Part shown: in pieces, positions 50,503 to 61,922 of the stretch
Layout of the letters: each line of letters begins with the position of its first letter
How positions within the stretch are numbered: position 1 is the stretch's first letter
Assembly: GCA_964016885.1 (NCBI GenBank)
Contig: OZ024741.1
Location: forward strand, 276,582,001 to 276,646,000
Direction: 5' to 3'
Length of the DNA: 64,000 bases
From: Eledone cirrhosa
Taxonomy: Eukaryota
The notes under the pieces: generated by a model
What the model was told of the DNA's origin: nothing
The model's database searches: none
Seen by the model: the letters and a program-made list of their open reading frames with translations, nothing else
Made by a program: the position numbers and the translations under genes

Positions 50503-52677
50503 GATTATATATATATATTTATATTTGTGTGTGTGCGTGTGTCTAGCAGTTTGACAAAAAGAAAGATAAAATAAGTACCACACTTGAAATAAGCTCTAGG
50601 GTTGATATAGTGGACTAAATCTTTTTAATGTGGTAACCCAGCGTGGCTGCCGTCTAACAAGTGAAACCAGTAAACAAATAAAATAAAATGCAAACTCCCC
50701 GGGTTAGTTAGCCAGCGTATCTCAGCTACACCATGTGGACAAGATGGCTAGAATGTCGCTATTAAGAAATAGTCAGCTATCATAACCTCATACCCTTAAA
50801 AAAATAGCATTACCTATCTTCTTTCCAGGAGCCAGAAAATACCTCACTCCTGGTCACTGTTCTTGATGTTATATACAAAGCTCAAGTAAAACACATCAGA
50901 GTACAGTGAAGGCATGTAGTTTAGTGCTTAGGATAGGGGGATTTCTATCGCGAGGTCATGAGTTCGTTTCCTAGACTGTATAATACGTCATGGGTTTCCA
51001 TAAAACACATTGCTCAGGCTTGTACTGCATGGAGGCAAACTCATAGCCAGTCATGACTGAAAGGGGCCTTTTCCTGGAGTACCACCCACGATCCTAGACT
51101 TCATTCTCCTACCGAGTGGGGTGGAACTCGTCAAATCGGACCAAGGAAACAATGTTTCCATTGGTCTTCCCATTGCTGATACTACCTACCGGTCGCAACT
51201 CCTGGCAGAAAGAACATGAAATAAAGTGTCTTTCTCAGGGACACAGCGCATCACCTGGTCCGGAAATCGAACTCGCAACCTTACGTTTGTGTATCCAATT
51301 CTCTAACAAGTCATGCGTCAGGGTTTCACGTGTAAATATAGTGAGTTGAAACAAATTTCAATCAATTGAAATTATCCAAACATTTAATAAAACATGCCAT
51401 ATAAACATATTTAAACTCTAAAAAAGAAGAAACAAATAACAAGGTGTGTGTGTGTGTGTGGGGGGGGGGGGTAACTCCTAAATTCAGTCAGTCGAAATGT
51501 TTGGAAAATGAAGGCATATATCTAGTCGTTAATGCTAACTAGTGACACCAATTGAAGTATTTACCTCAGCAATTAAGTTTTATAATTTTTGAAGTTAGTT
51601 TCCTCCTTTAGAAGAATTTTTTTTAAAATTTCAAATGGTTAAATCAAGAATTATATAAAAAATGAAGAATTTGTTTTAAAATATATAAGTTTGCACGATA
51701 TATCACTGTGTGGTACATCCATTCATTTGGGTGGCTGTATATATTTTCAATTAACCAAAGGAAACTTCTTAAAATCTCAGCATATATTAAAAATCTCTTA
51801 TCTGACATTGAAATAGTCAACAGATTTAATAAGGTTCATAAATATGGGATCTTTTTCAGAGTTACATGTGTGGCAGGTTTTAGTTCCATTCATTATCGAT
51901 TTGTATCTTGCAAGAATTTTTCATTGACTATTGAATCCAATTGTGTCTACCTCCCCTATTTCTCTGATGGCGTTCACACCTGGTGGGAAGCGTTTCTGTC
52001 ATAAAAATACCCGTTTGAATGGTAGTCAATCCATGACCATCTCGTCTTCTTTTTCTAGCATTTTATATTCATTTGTCTCTTCTGTATATGTAAGCAACTC
52101 CAAGACAACAGAATAAGATTTGAGGGATATTTGATTTCAATATCTTGCAGGTCTAGTGACCACGATTAAACGATCGTCTACCTTGCCGACGGCTTTCGAT
52201 TCAACCAAATTGATAAGGGCGCTATCGTAGTCAGGTTTGTTAATCATCATTTCTTTGATATTTCGTGTAAGATGGAAGTTGTCGTGAACAAACTCGCTCA
52301 GGATGACGCATGTCTACCTTTTCGCAATCATATTGCCGGCGACTAACACCATTCCTTTTTACTAGCACTTTGACCAAAAACTTTAACTGTGGAATATATC
52401 AACGAAGTTCCCATTGTTTCTGGACATGAACAGCTCGAACTCACATTCTCTACATTCTCGAGATGCATGCCTTATAGTAACCAAATACCATTTGTTTACG
52501 TCGATTATTTTTAAAAAATAAAGATTTGCTTGGAAAAAAAATGAGATTCGAGAGTTAAGTGTTCCAAAATTAGTCGAAAACAAGTCTCTGACGTACTTTA
52601 GCAAACGTTATGTTGCCCAGTGACTGAGCATTCTACAGACGTGGGTACCATGAATGTATTGTTCAGCGAGATTACAC

Positions 52678-53232
52678 TAGCACTTCTCAAACGTTTTACC
52701 CATGTGGAACCCTTGAAATAGTTTTCATGTGTCAGGTAACTCCTGCATAAAAGTCATTATATACCATTACTAAGGGTAACCGACCTAGTTTTAAATAATA
52801 TAAGACGTTGAAGCCTTTATTTTAATAACCAATAATTTTCAACAATATGCCATATGTCTGTAGTAAAATATATATAATATCAAATTGAATAATCAAAATA
52901 TATATAATATATAATTAAATAATTAAAATATATATAATATATAATTAAATAATCGATATATATATAATATGTAATTAAATAATCAAAATATATATAATAT
53001 ATAATTAAATTATCAATATATATATAATATATAATTAAATAATCAATATATATATAATATATAATTAAATAATCAATATATATATAATATATAATTAAAT
53101 AATCAAAATATATATAATATATAATTAAATAATCAAAAATACATTAGCTTATTCATTAGTGTTTCTCACGGAACCCCTAGAGTCCTCTTACGGAACCATA
53201 GGGTTCCGGAGAACACCGTTCGAGAAACGCTG
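52678..53232. mobile_element. hAT (Charlie-like) MITE with an internal 30-bp minisatellite
   Basis: Ends TAGCACTTCTCAAAC / GTTCGAGAAACGCTG; 8-bp flanks GATTACAC / CATTAGAC; GGAACC subterminal repeats. About nine AATATATATAATATATAATTAAATAATCAA units at 52866-53138. Interrupts a SINE. Confidence 0.75.
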
Positions 53233-53583
53233 CATTAGACACATTGAACAACTGGAACACTCAACGTTGAAACTGACGGAGATCCGTTCCACGAGGTGTT
53301 GTTTACATGTAAAAGATGAAGAGGATTCTACACCATAGAATGTAGAAGAGAGAGAGGGCAATACCATATATGGCAGTGAAACATAACCAATAGGATTTTT
53401 ATCAGAACATCCTGATATAATGCACGAAATTAATTAGCTAAGAAAACACAGACTGATTCCATTTCAGGATTTAGTATGTTTGTGTGTGTGTATGTGTGTG
53501 TTTGTGTATATATATATATATGTGAGTGTGTATATATATATATATATATGGCCTCAGCCGGATGGCTGGAATAGGTAAAAGAG

Positions 53584-53619
<36 letters not shown>

Positions 53620-53705
53620 CATATATACCCACATATACATATACGTTCATTTATATTTACGTATACATGTACACAATTCATATACTCATGCGCACACACA
53701 GGGGA

Positions 53706-53736
<31 letters not shown>

Positions 53737-53903
53737 AATAAAAAACAATAAACACTATGAAATATATAATTCAAATGATGACATGTTATCTGGAGATGAT
53801 TAGAGTTACACCTCCGATGATTTCAACTGAGAGGTAAAATAAACAGATATAGAGACACACTAACAGACAAGCAATCAGACAGACGGATACACGCACATAC
53901 GCA

Positions 53904-53977
<74 letters not shown>

Positions 53978-54008
53978 AGAACAAAAGATGGTTAAAAGAG
54001 TTCCATGT

Positions 54009-54077
54009 ATTTTATTAAGCGCATTTCAAAATCAAACATCATCATGCAATAATATTTGTGTTTTCATCAGATAAAAC
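54009..54077 (-). ncRNA. Type-I hammerhead motif
   Basis: Minus strand: gttttat CTGATGA aaa ca [caaatattatt gcat gatgatgtttg] at ttt GAAA t GCGC t TA ataaaat. Confidence 0.75.
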
Positions 54078-54245
54078 AGGAAGACATGAGATGAAGCTTA
54101 ATAAAACACTTGTGGATAGTGCAGTTTTAAATCAACATATATATTATGTATACTCCAGTCCTACAAACTGTTGAGTGCTTCTTATCCGATATCTGCATTG
54201 CTTTATTGTACTACAATAAAACTCACCTCCTACATTATATATATA

Positions 54246-54294
<49 letters not shown>

Positions 54295-54297
<3 letters not shown>

Positions 54298-54552
54298 TTA
54301 ATTCAAAATATTAACAAAATAGATATTCTTGTGATCAATTATATTTTATTATACATATTTCAGAGGTACTGAGTTAAGTTCAACAGTACCTCTGAAATAT
54401 GCATAATAAAATATAATTGATCACAAGAATATCTATTTTGTTAATATTTTGAATTAATATTAATCACTCTGGAAAACCTTACTGTTGAGTGCTTCCAATC
54501 TATTGTAAAACTCATTCTTTGATGTATGCATTGAACCATGTTTAACTTTTAA
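54295..54552 (+). mobile_element. Near-perfect palindrome with arms of about 75-80 bp and a unique tail, TA-flanked
   Basis: ATATTAATTCAAAATATTAAC..CAGAGGTACTG / CAGTACCTCTG..GTTAATATTTTGAATTAATAT; tail has TGTTGAGTGCTT. Confidence 0.8.
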
Positions 54553-54585
<33 letters not shown>

Positions 54586-54734
54586 ATATATACAAATAAA
54601 CACACAAAGAAGTGTGTTTTGAATTACGTGGGTCGGAAACCACTCTGGTGCAATATAATCTATGAACAAACGGAAAATACTTAATAACCAGACAAAATGA
54701 ATTAAAATATACTAACTATTTCAATAACTATTAA

Positions 54735-54816
54735 ACTCCTGGACAAACTACTGATAGTTTGTTTCGACGAAAATGAATGACTGTGTCATAGAATCTCAAG
54801 GCTTCTCAACAGGAGT
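54735..54816 (-). ncRNA. Type-I hammerhead with U3:A8 core and full stem III
   Basis: Minus strand: actcctg TTGAGAA g..[atgac aca gtcat]..c GAAA caaacta tcag tagtttg TC caggagt. Confidence 0.8.
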
Positions 54817-54979
54817 AAAGATGGTATGAACATCACTCCTAGAGATAATTCAGGTAATTCAAGATACACTTCTTTGTGTGTTCATTTCTATATATTTCAT
54901 TGTAAAGAACCCAGTTTTTATACTTTGAGCTCCCCAAATACAGGGTATTAACGCGAGTTTTTAACTCCGGTTTTTCATT

Positions 54980-55015
<36 letters not shown>

Positions 55016-55679
55016 TATGGACTCGTAAGTCCTAGGGGCGCCATATTGACATACAGCGTTTCTTAGGGTAGTTCTTTTAACCAGGCAGAACCCATCTCCT
55101 CTCCAGGTCTGAATACATCAGATTTCTTCCAGAGAAGGATAGAGAGTGAGAGAAAGACTTATAGAGGAAGAATCGACCCCAGTACTAGGCTGGTTCTTTT
55201 TCTTTATCGACTTTAAATGGATGATGCAAAGTTGACCACGGTGGGATTTGAACCCAGAGAGCAGAGAGCCGGAACAAATACCACAAAGCATTCTAGCCAC
55301 CATTTTAACGATTCTACCAACATCAAAGATGGATGAGTTGCGTAACGTCGAGTGATTTTCCTATTACATCATGGTTAACTATACGGAATGACCAGTTCTA
55401 TCCAGTGGTGAACCACCAAACTTTAATGTACATATATATGTGTGTGTGTGTATATATATATACACACACACACATACATTGTAGTGAAATATATATATAT
55501 AATATAAAAAGAGTCAGCACCCGACGGATGAGCTCTTGCCGTTTTAACAGCCGACTCTTTGTAATGTAACCATACTCTACTACCCCAAGTATCGAGTATT
55601 TTTTTGAGTAATGGTCTAACCAGTTTCAAACTGAATCAATTCTGATTTTTATTTATATATATATATAGGGAATTTAAAA

Positions 55680-56870
55680 TGTAGTTGTCCCAATGCAGAT
55701 GATTCTAATGATAGTCAATCACTATAAATAATAGTTGAAAAAAACCTGACCAAAGGGTGAGCTAGTTAGAGAGATTGAAGAGGCTTTTAGGAAAGGTGAC
55801 GCAACTGATGTAATTGCGGCAAGATTGGCTCTCGACAAAGTATGAAGACTGCGTTGTCAGAGCTAGAGTGCGCTCTCTTATACACGAGGGAACGAAAGCC
55901 ATTCAGTGGCTCTGAGTGGCGGGGGTGAGGCGTGACAACAAAGCCACAATTCGGTCTTTAACGAACAGTGACAGGCTCATCTTATTCGATCTCAAGCAGA
56001 TATGTGCGGCTTTTCAGCAACAATTCGTTCAAGTGTTCGGGAACATTGGTAGGCCGGATCGTAAGATGGGCTTCAGTGCCTACCTCAACGGTCTGCCGTG
56101 GCTCCCAGCCATGGAGGTGGAGTGTTGCGAAAAGCCGATTACAGCCACTGAAATACGGGAGGCGATAACTAACTGTAGGAAGGGTAAGTCGTCTGGTTGG
56201 TTTTGATGGTCCATCATACCAATTTTACGTTTATATGCACGGCTTGTTGGGTGGCCTCTTGGGAGGCGTCTACTGCAACAAACAGCAGAATGAGAAAATC
56301 CCCATTTCTGAGAGCCGAATAGCGGTGGCATTGCTGAGAAAGGACTCAAACACAGGGACTATATTGATAAATTTAGGCCCATAAACCTGCTAAATGCAGA
56401 GTTTAAAATGTTGATCAAGGTGTGAGTGACGAGGTTGGCGTGTGCCGTCGGTGGTCTGGTAGGAGAGGCAAACATGCGCCATCCTGAACAGATCCATTCA
56501 CGAAAACTCCCACCTCATGCGATTTATCATAGTGAGGGTAGAGAGAGGTTAAGTAACCTGACACGGGTGGGGCCTTGATTAATTTAGATCAATCAATAGA
56601 GTCGACTATCAATACCTGGCGGCAGTCTTCATGGTAGCCGGGTTTGGATCCGTTTTGTGAGGATGGATCACTGCAATGCACATCTGCTCTGCGGTCAGAG
56701 TGAATGCTTTCCTTTCGGAACTGTTACGCATCATGCGTTCGGTCCGCCAAGGTTGTCCCCTCTCGTCCCTATTGTATATAATGATTCTCAAGCAACTACT
56801 GCACAAATTGGAGACGTTGAGGGGCGTAAATTGGAAGAGGATAACTGGGAGCGGGCACTTGTGCTAGCGA
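55680..56870 (+). mobile_element. Degenerate L1/Tx1-clade LINE RT
   Basis: Fragments RARVR, GKSSG, FRPINLLNAEFK, GALINLDQS and RSVRQGCPLSSLLY, with stops and frameshifts. Confidence 0.8.
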
Positions 56871-57344
56871 TCAGGGTGATCGTGTTGGCTTTCGTTGCGC
56901 TTGACGCCTAGAGGTCTTCTCCTATTGGGGAATTTGTTTTTGTTTAATTTTAAATGTATATTTTTAGAGTTTTTGTTATAACCTTTTTACATCTTATGGA
57001 TCAAAAGGATAACATATTCAGATATTAAAACATTAAAGTGTGTTTCTGGCGAAAAAATTACTGTACCTAATCACGTGATTGTCATCAACCAACGAAACAG
57101 CATTTTAAACAAATAGCAATCTGAGCAACTTTTTTTGTATGAAACAGAAAGAATTTTCGAACTCAATTAGATGCGAGATACACCACAACAGAAACAGAAA
57201 CCCTCCTCCTAATTTTACTTTTGATAATCATGAAAGTGTGAAACCGGTAAAGTAAATAAATATTCTTAAAAATTCCAGTTACATTTTCAAGTTCTTTTCC
57301 TTATAGCTTGAACAATGTGAGGCATTTAAAAGAAAACTTGCTTT

Positions 57345-57405
<61 letters not shown>

Positions 57406-57454
57406 AAAAGTCTAAGTCTAACATGGTAAAGTTGGCTTCGTTTATTCACATTCG

Positions 57455-57507
57455 CTGCTATACATATTTCAGCGACAACCATTATTGACTGTGACTTCAT
57501 CAGGCAG
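57455..57507 (-). ncRNA. Type-I hammerhead (left arm of fold-back)
   Basis: Minus strand: ctgc CTGATGA agt c [acagtca ataa tggttgt] c gct GAAA t atgt ATA gcag. Confidence 0.82.
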
Positions 57508-57657
57508 TAAGGATTTAGGCAGAAAAAACTGGAAAAGATGATGTTGTAATGGGTTCTACCCTGTTAATTCATTGATATGTCCAGCTCCTGGGTATGTTGT
57601 TAGTCCTCAAAGGAACTGGAATCATGTTTTCCTGTTTTCTTTCTGCTCAAATTCTTA

Positions 57658-57710
57658 CTGCCTGATGAGGTCACAGCCAATAATGGCTGTCACTGAAATA
57701 TGTATAGCAG
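57658..57710 (+). ncRNA. Type-I hammerhead (right arm of fold-back)
   Basis: ctgc CTGATGA ggt c [acagcca ataa tggctgt] c act GAAA t atgt ATA gcag. Confidence 0.85.
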
Positions 57711-58068
57711 CGAACAACCAACACATACTATATATATATATACTGTTGATGAAATGAATCCTCTGTTCGATCATGGAATACCACGAGCGTGCCTGTTACG
57801 TAAGTCGGATATTTGATTTCGGTTTCACAGAAACACTTTAAACGTATATCGTTTAATTTGTCCAGGTGTATCTTTTTAACCTGTTAGTTTTTTCGTTGCT
57901 TTGGTATTGTGTGTTGGGTTTTGCTTACCACAATGTTCAATTTGTCACGCTATTTAAACGTATGTTATTACTCTAAGGACCTACCCTTATTGAGTACTTT
58001 GCTAACTCATTCATATTGTAGGTCGACTTTGCTTGCTCACAGCCCAAACTTCGATTTTACTAAGCTTC

Positions 58069-58112
<44 letters not shown>

Positions 58113-58115
<3 letters not shown>

Positions 58116-58319
58116 CGAGGGAATTGTGGTAAGGAACCAGGTGGACCATAACGCACCAGAGTACTCAATATTTAGGGTAGTAGAGTGGGTGATAGGAAAA
58201 GGTATGACTCCGACGGCAGACCTCAAGCCGTTTCGACGGCTATTTCAGAACTCAAATAAAAAGCGTCCTGAAATAGCCGTCGAAACGGCTTGAGCTCTGC
58301 CGTCGGGGTCATACCTTTT

Positions 58320-58323
<4 letters not shown>
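58113..58323 (-). mobile_element. TA-flanked fold-back element
   Basis: Arms of about 55 bp, GGAAAAGGTATGAC..GCTATTTCAG / CTGAAATAGC..GTCATACCTTTTCC; tail with TATTGAGTACTC on the minus strand. Confidence 0.8.
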
Positions 58324-58374
<51 letters not shown>

Positions 58375-58440
58375 TATATATATATATGTCGGTAAACAAG
58401 CAACACATAGTCAATACACACACACACACACACACACACA

Positions 58441-58475
<35 letters not shown>

Positions 58476-58659
58476 GTGTGTGTATGTATATACACTTCTA
58501 TGTATATGTGTATGTCTGTGTGTATGTATTTGTGTCTATCCACGTGTACACGTGTGTCTGTTTTATTTTATATGTGTATGATACACAAGAGAAATAATCT
58601 AACTAAGCTACCAAATATTGTTAATCTACTAAGTATAGTTTATAGCAGTGATATCAGAT

Positions 58660-59110
58660 ATACAACAACACCAACAACAACAATCGCGAACACAATGAGG
58701 ACGATGGCCTCCACAAATCATCATCACAACCCCACCATCATGGATGCTGCCACCATCACCACCACTTCCACCATTAATACCACCAACACAACCACCAACA
58801 CCAACACCATAACCACCAGAACTCCATCACCACCATCACAACCACACCACATCCATCAAAACCAACACCAATACCACCACCACCATCACCACCACCACCA
58901 ATACCACCACCACTAATACCTCCACCAACACCACTACCAATGCCATCAACACCACTTCCACCAGCATCACCAATATCACTACCAAGACCCACACCGCCAC
59001 TAACACAGTCGCCACAACCTCCACCACCACGATTACCACCGCCAATGCCACCACCACCACTACCACCACCAATGCCGCCGCCACCACCACCACCACCACC
59101 ATCATCAATA
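58660..59110. repeat. (CAC/ACC)n low-complexity tract
   Basis: Degenerate trinucleotide repeat that produces the Thr/His/Pro/Gly/Val ORFs in the track. Confidence 0.85.
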
Positions 59111-59455
59111 ACACCTTTATGAAAACTGCGCAACAATTCTTCTCATGTTGGTGATTTGCACGATTACCAAAATCTCTCTAAAGCGGTCGTTGATAGACAG
59201 AATAAGAACCGTCCAGATGCTAAACCTAACGTTAAGTGGTGCCGATAATCACAGAATCTTGGAGTACTGAAGAAAGACAGAACAGCGAAAAGTCACGATA
59301 AGAATTGCTGCCGCTTCGGCGAGATTCTCTTGTCTTATCCACACCGTTAAGTTACTGTTGGCTACTTAACCTGAGAAATGGTCCACACATACAAACATAC
59401 ATATACCCATATACCTACACGTATACGCACACCCATACATGCATTCACATTATCT

Positions 59456-59585
<130 letters not shown>

Positions 59586-59630
59586 GAATATATGTATGCA
59601 CACAAACACACTAGCAAACGATATATATAC

Positions 59631-59670
<40 letters not shown>

Positions 59671-59755
59671 ATAGATATAGATATATATACATTATATTTA
59701 TGTGAATGTGTGTATGTATATATGTGTATATATATATTCATAGATACGTACACAT

Positions 59756-59823
<68 letters not shown>

Positions 59824-60258
59824 AACTGATAAGCTTGTTTCGCCTGCTTACAGTTATTACAGCTAGCTCTTACGGAGGGCCTGAAATGTTCGCAACACTC
59901 ATATTTTTATTCTATTTTTTAGTTAATTAAAATGAAAAAAAAATGTCTAAATCCTTTTAGATAAATTTAATGCCACGTAAATGAGTAAATTTTACGGGAA
60001 AAAAAAACTCTTAAAATAACTAAAAAAAAACAAAAAAACCATCGAACTTTTCGAAATATAAAAATTTGATGAAATGAAGATGAAATCAGAAATTCAAGAA
60101 AATCAAAATTTAGAATAGAATTGTCAGCGTGGTCATGGTTGACATAACTGCAGCAACTGTGAGCAGACAGATAGACAGACACACGCTGGGCGTTGAAGGA
60201 ACAGCATCAAAACCCGCCCGGGATATATCACACGTTGAACAAAAGATTACAAAATAGC

Positions 60259-60310
60259 TGTTTGATGAGGTCGTATCTATTACATAATAGATACCGAAAT
60301 ATATATTACA
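60259..60310 (+). ncRNA. Hammerhead relic
   Basis: tgt TTGATGA gg tcg [tatctatt acat aatagata] cc GAAA tatat ATT aca; AATAAA and (TA)n downstream. Confidence 0.5.
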
Positions 60311-60376
60311 CTAACAAAGTGACCAATAAAATTATGTAAGATTCAAGCACACTAACTTCTTCATTATTATGTATAG

Positions 60377-60444
<68 letters not shown>

Positions 60445-60448
<4 letters not shown>

Positions 60449-61300
60449 GTATTGTACCAAGAAAAATATAAACGTCGGCGTGAAGGAGATTATGAATTTA
60501 TTTACTTTAACATATGTTTCTTTGTTTATTATAGCTGTCTGCATACATATGCTGACTACAATATATATTGCTCAAACATATGTAATACTTAATTGTTTTC
60601 GCACTTCATCAGAAAGCCTATAATAGTGGAAGTGACTATCCACTACGCGGTAGAATTCAGCAATGGCATTTTCGTTTAAGAAAATGTAAATAAGTTAAAA
60701 TGACAATAAAAATAGATAAAATACAGTTAGTTAGTGTGATATTAGAGAAGAGGGGGAGTGGGGGTAAAGTGTTTCACATTATCAATCTGTGTGGTGTGAT
60801 GTGGAACAAATATTCTATGACCATTGGTATGGGTGAAGGTTTTGATGTTTACTATATATGGTCGAGAGGGTAGAGAAGGTATAAAGAGAAGAACAGAAAA
60901 GGGGAGGGTAGAGATGAAGAGTAGGGTAGAGTGGATATGGAGGAAAGGAATTAAGAAAATGAGATTGTTTTCAATATAACTGATTCTTTAAGTGTGAAAA
61001 GTTCAAATGCCACAGGAAATGTACTAAATAGGATGTAGTAAAATCTAGGTATTAGGGACCGAATCTTGTTCTAATCCAGTTTGTATTTAGCGGGGGTTTT
61101 AGAACCTTGTGTTTGCAATTAAATACCCTATCATGGCGGGAATTTAGAAGGTCCTTTCCGGTTGCTATTTCAATTGCCTCCGCCAGACTTATTTCACAGG
61201 GATGTCTTTCATTCAGGTATGGGCGGGCGAATTTCAGCATGGACCATTGTAGTGTGTATTCAATATTAGCACGCTTCAGATCCCAGATTTTTTTCACCAG
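60445..61300 (-). mobile_element. Penelope-like 3' remnant
   Basis: IWDLKRANIEYTLQWSMLKFARPY..CEISLAEA..LLNSR..CKHK aligns with the GIY-YIG C-terminus of ORF 25369-25902. Weak CTGATGA..GAAA motif at about 60590-60615. Confidence 0.75.
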
Positions 61301-61772
61301 GGTCTTAGATCTAGCTATGTGTGTGTGTGTGTGTGTGTATGTGTGTATGAAAAATATCGTTTTTTACAAAAAACAATATAAAAATTGGAAAGAGGTAGGT
61401 GGAAAAGTTAAAACAGCTCAAAATATAGTAACTTATTCTAATAAACAGTACAAAAGGCGATGATTTAAACTCATTTGAAAGATTTTTCAAACAAGCATGT
61501 GTACAAAATCCTATTGTGTTAAAAATGATAATTACGCATGAAGCAAGTTATTCATTAAAGTAATTACCAAATACGTTCTTATATCAAATATTGATTTATG
61601 ATCGTTTTGTCCCCTATTGGGACTTACCAAAATCAATCATTCATTAGCAAATATCTCATTGTATTGTCTCACCATGCAAATCTACAATTCACAGTGAAAG
61701 CGTTTCTTTACATGTAAAAAGACGCCTTTGAGTGTGAATTGTTGATCTGCTTGAGATATTTGCTTATGAATG

Positions 61773-61820
61773 ATTGATTTTGATAAGTCCCAATAAGGGA
61801 CGAAACGATCGTAAATCAAT
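61773..61820 (+). ncRNA. Minimal hammerhead with U3:A8 core (right arm of fold-back 61553-61856)
   Basis: attgatt TTGATAA [gtccc aataa gggac] GAAAC gatc GTA aatcaat; a degenerate inverted copy lies at about 61590-61638. Confidence 0.85.
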
Positions 61821-61864
61821 ATCTAATGTAAAAACATATTTGTAGTTACTTTAATGTATGTATA

Positions 61865-61914
<50 letters not shown>

Positions 61915-61922
<8 letters not shown>

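Noticed and set aside
52150-52420. Possible THAP-like fragment (RVCSRQ) on the minus strand
   Set aside because: Only a weak few-residue resemblance with stops nearby, and no TIRs identified.
58290-59136. His/Pro/Gly-rich ORFs
   Set aside because: Products of the (CAC)n tract with no domain or splice support.
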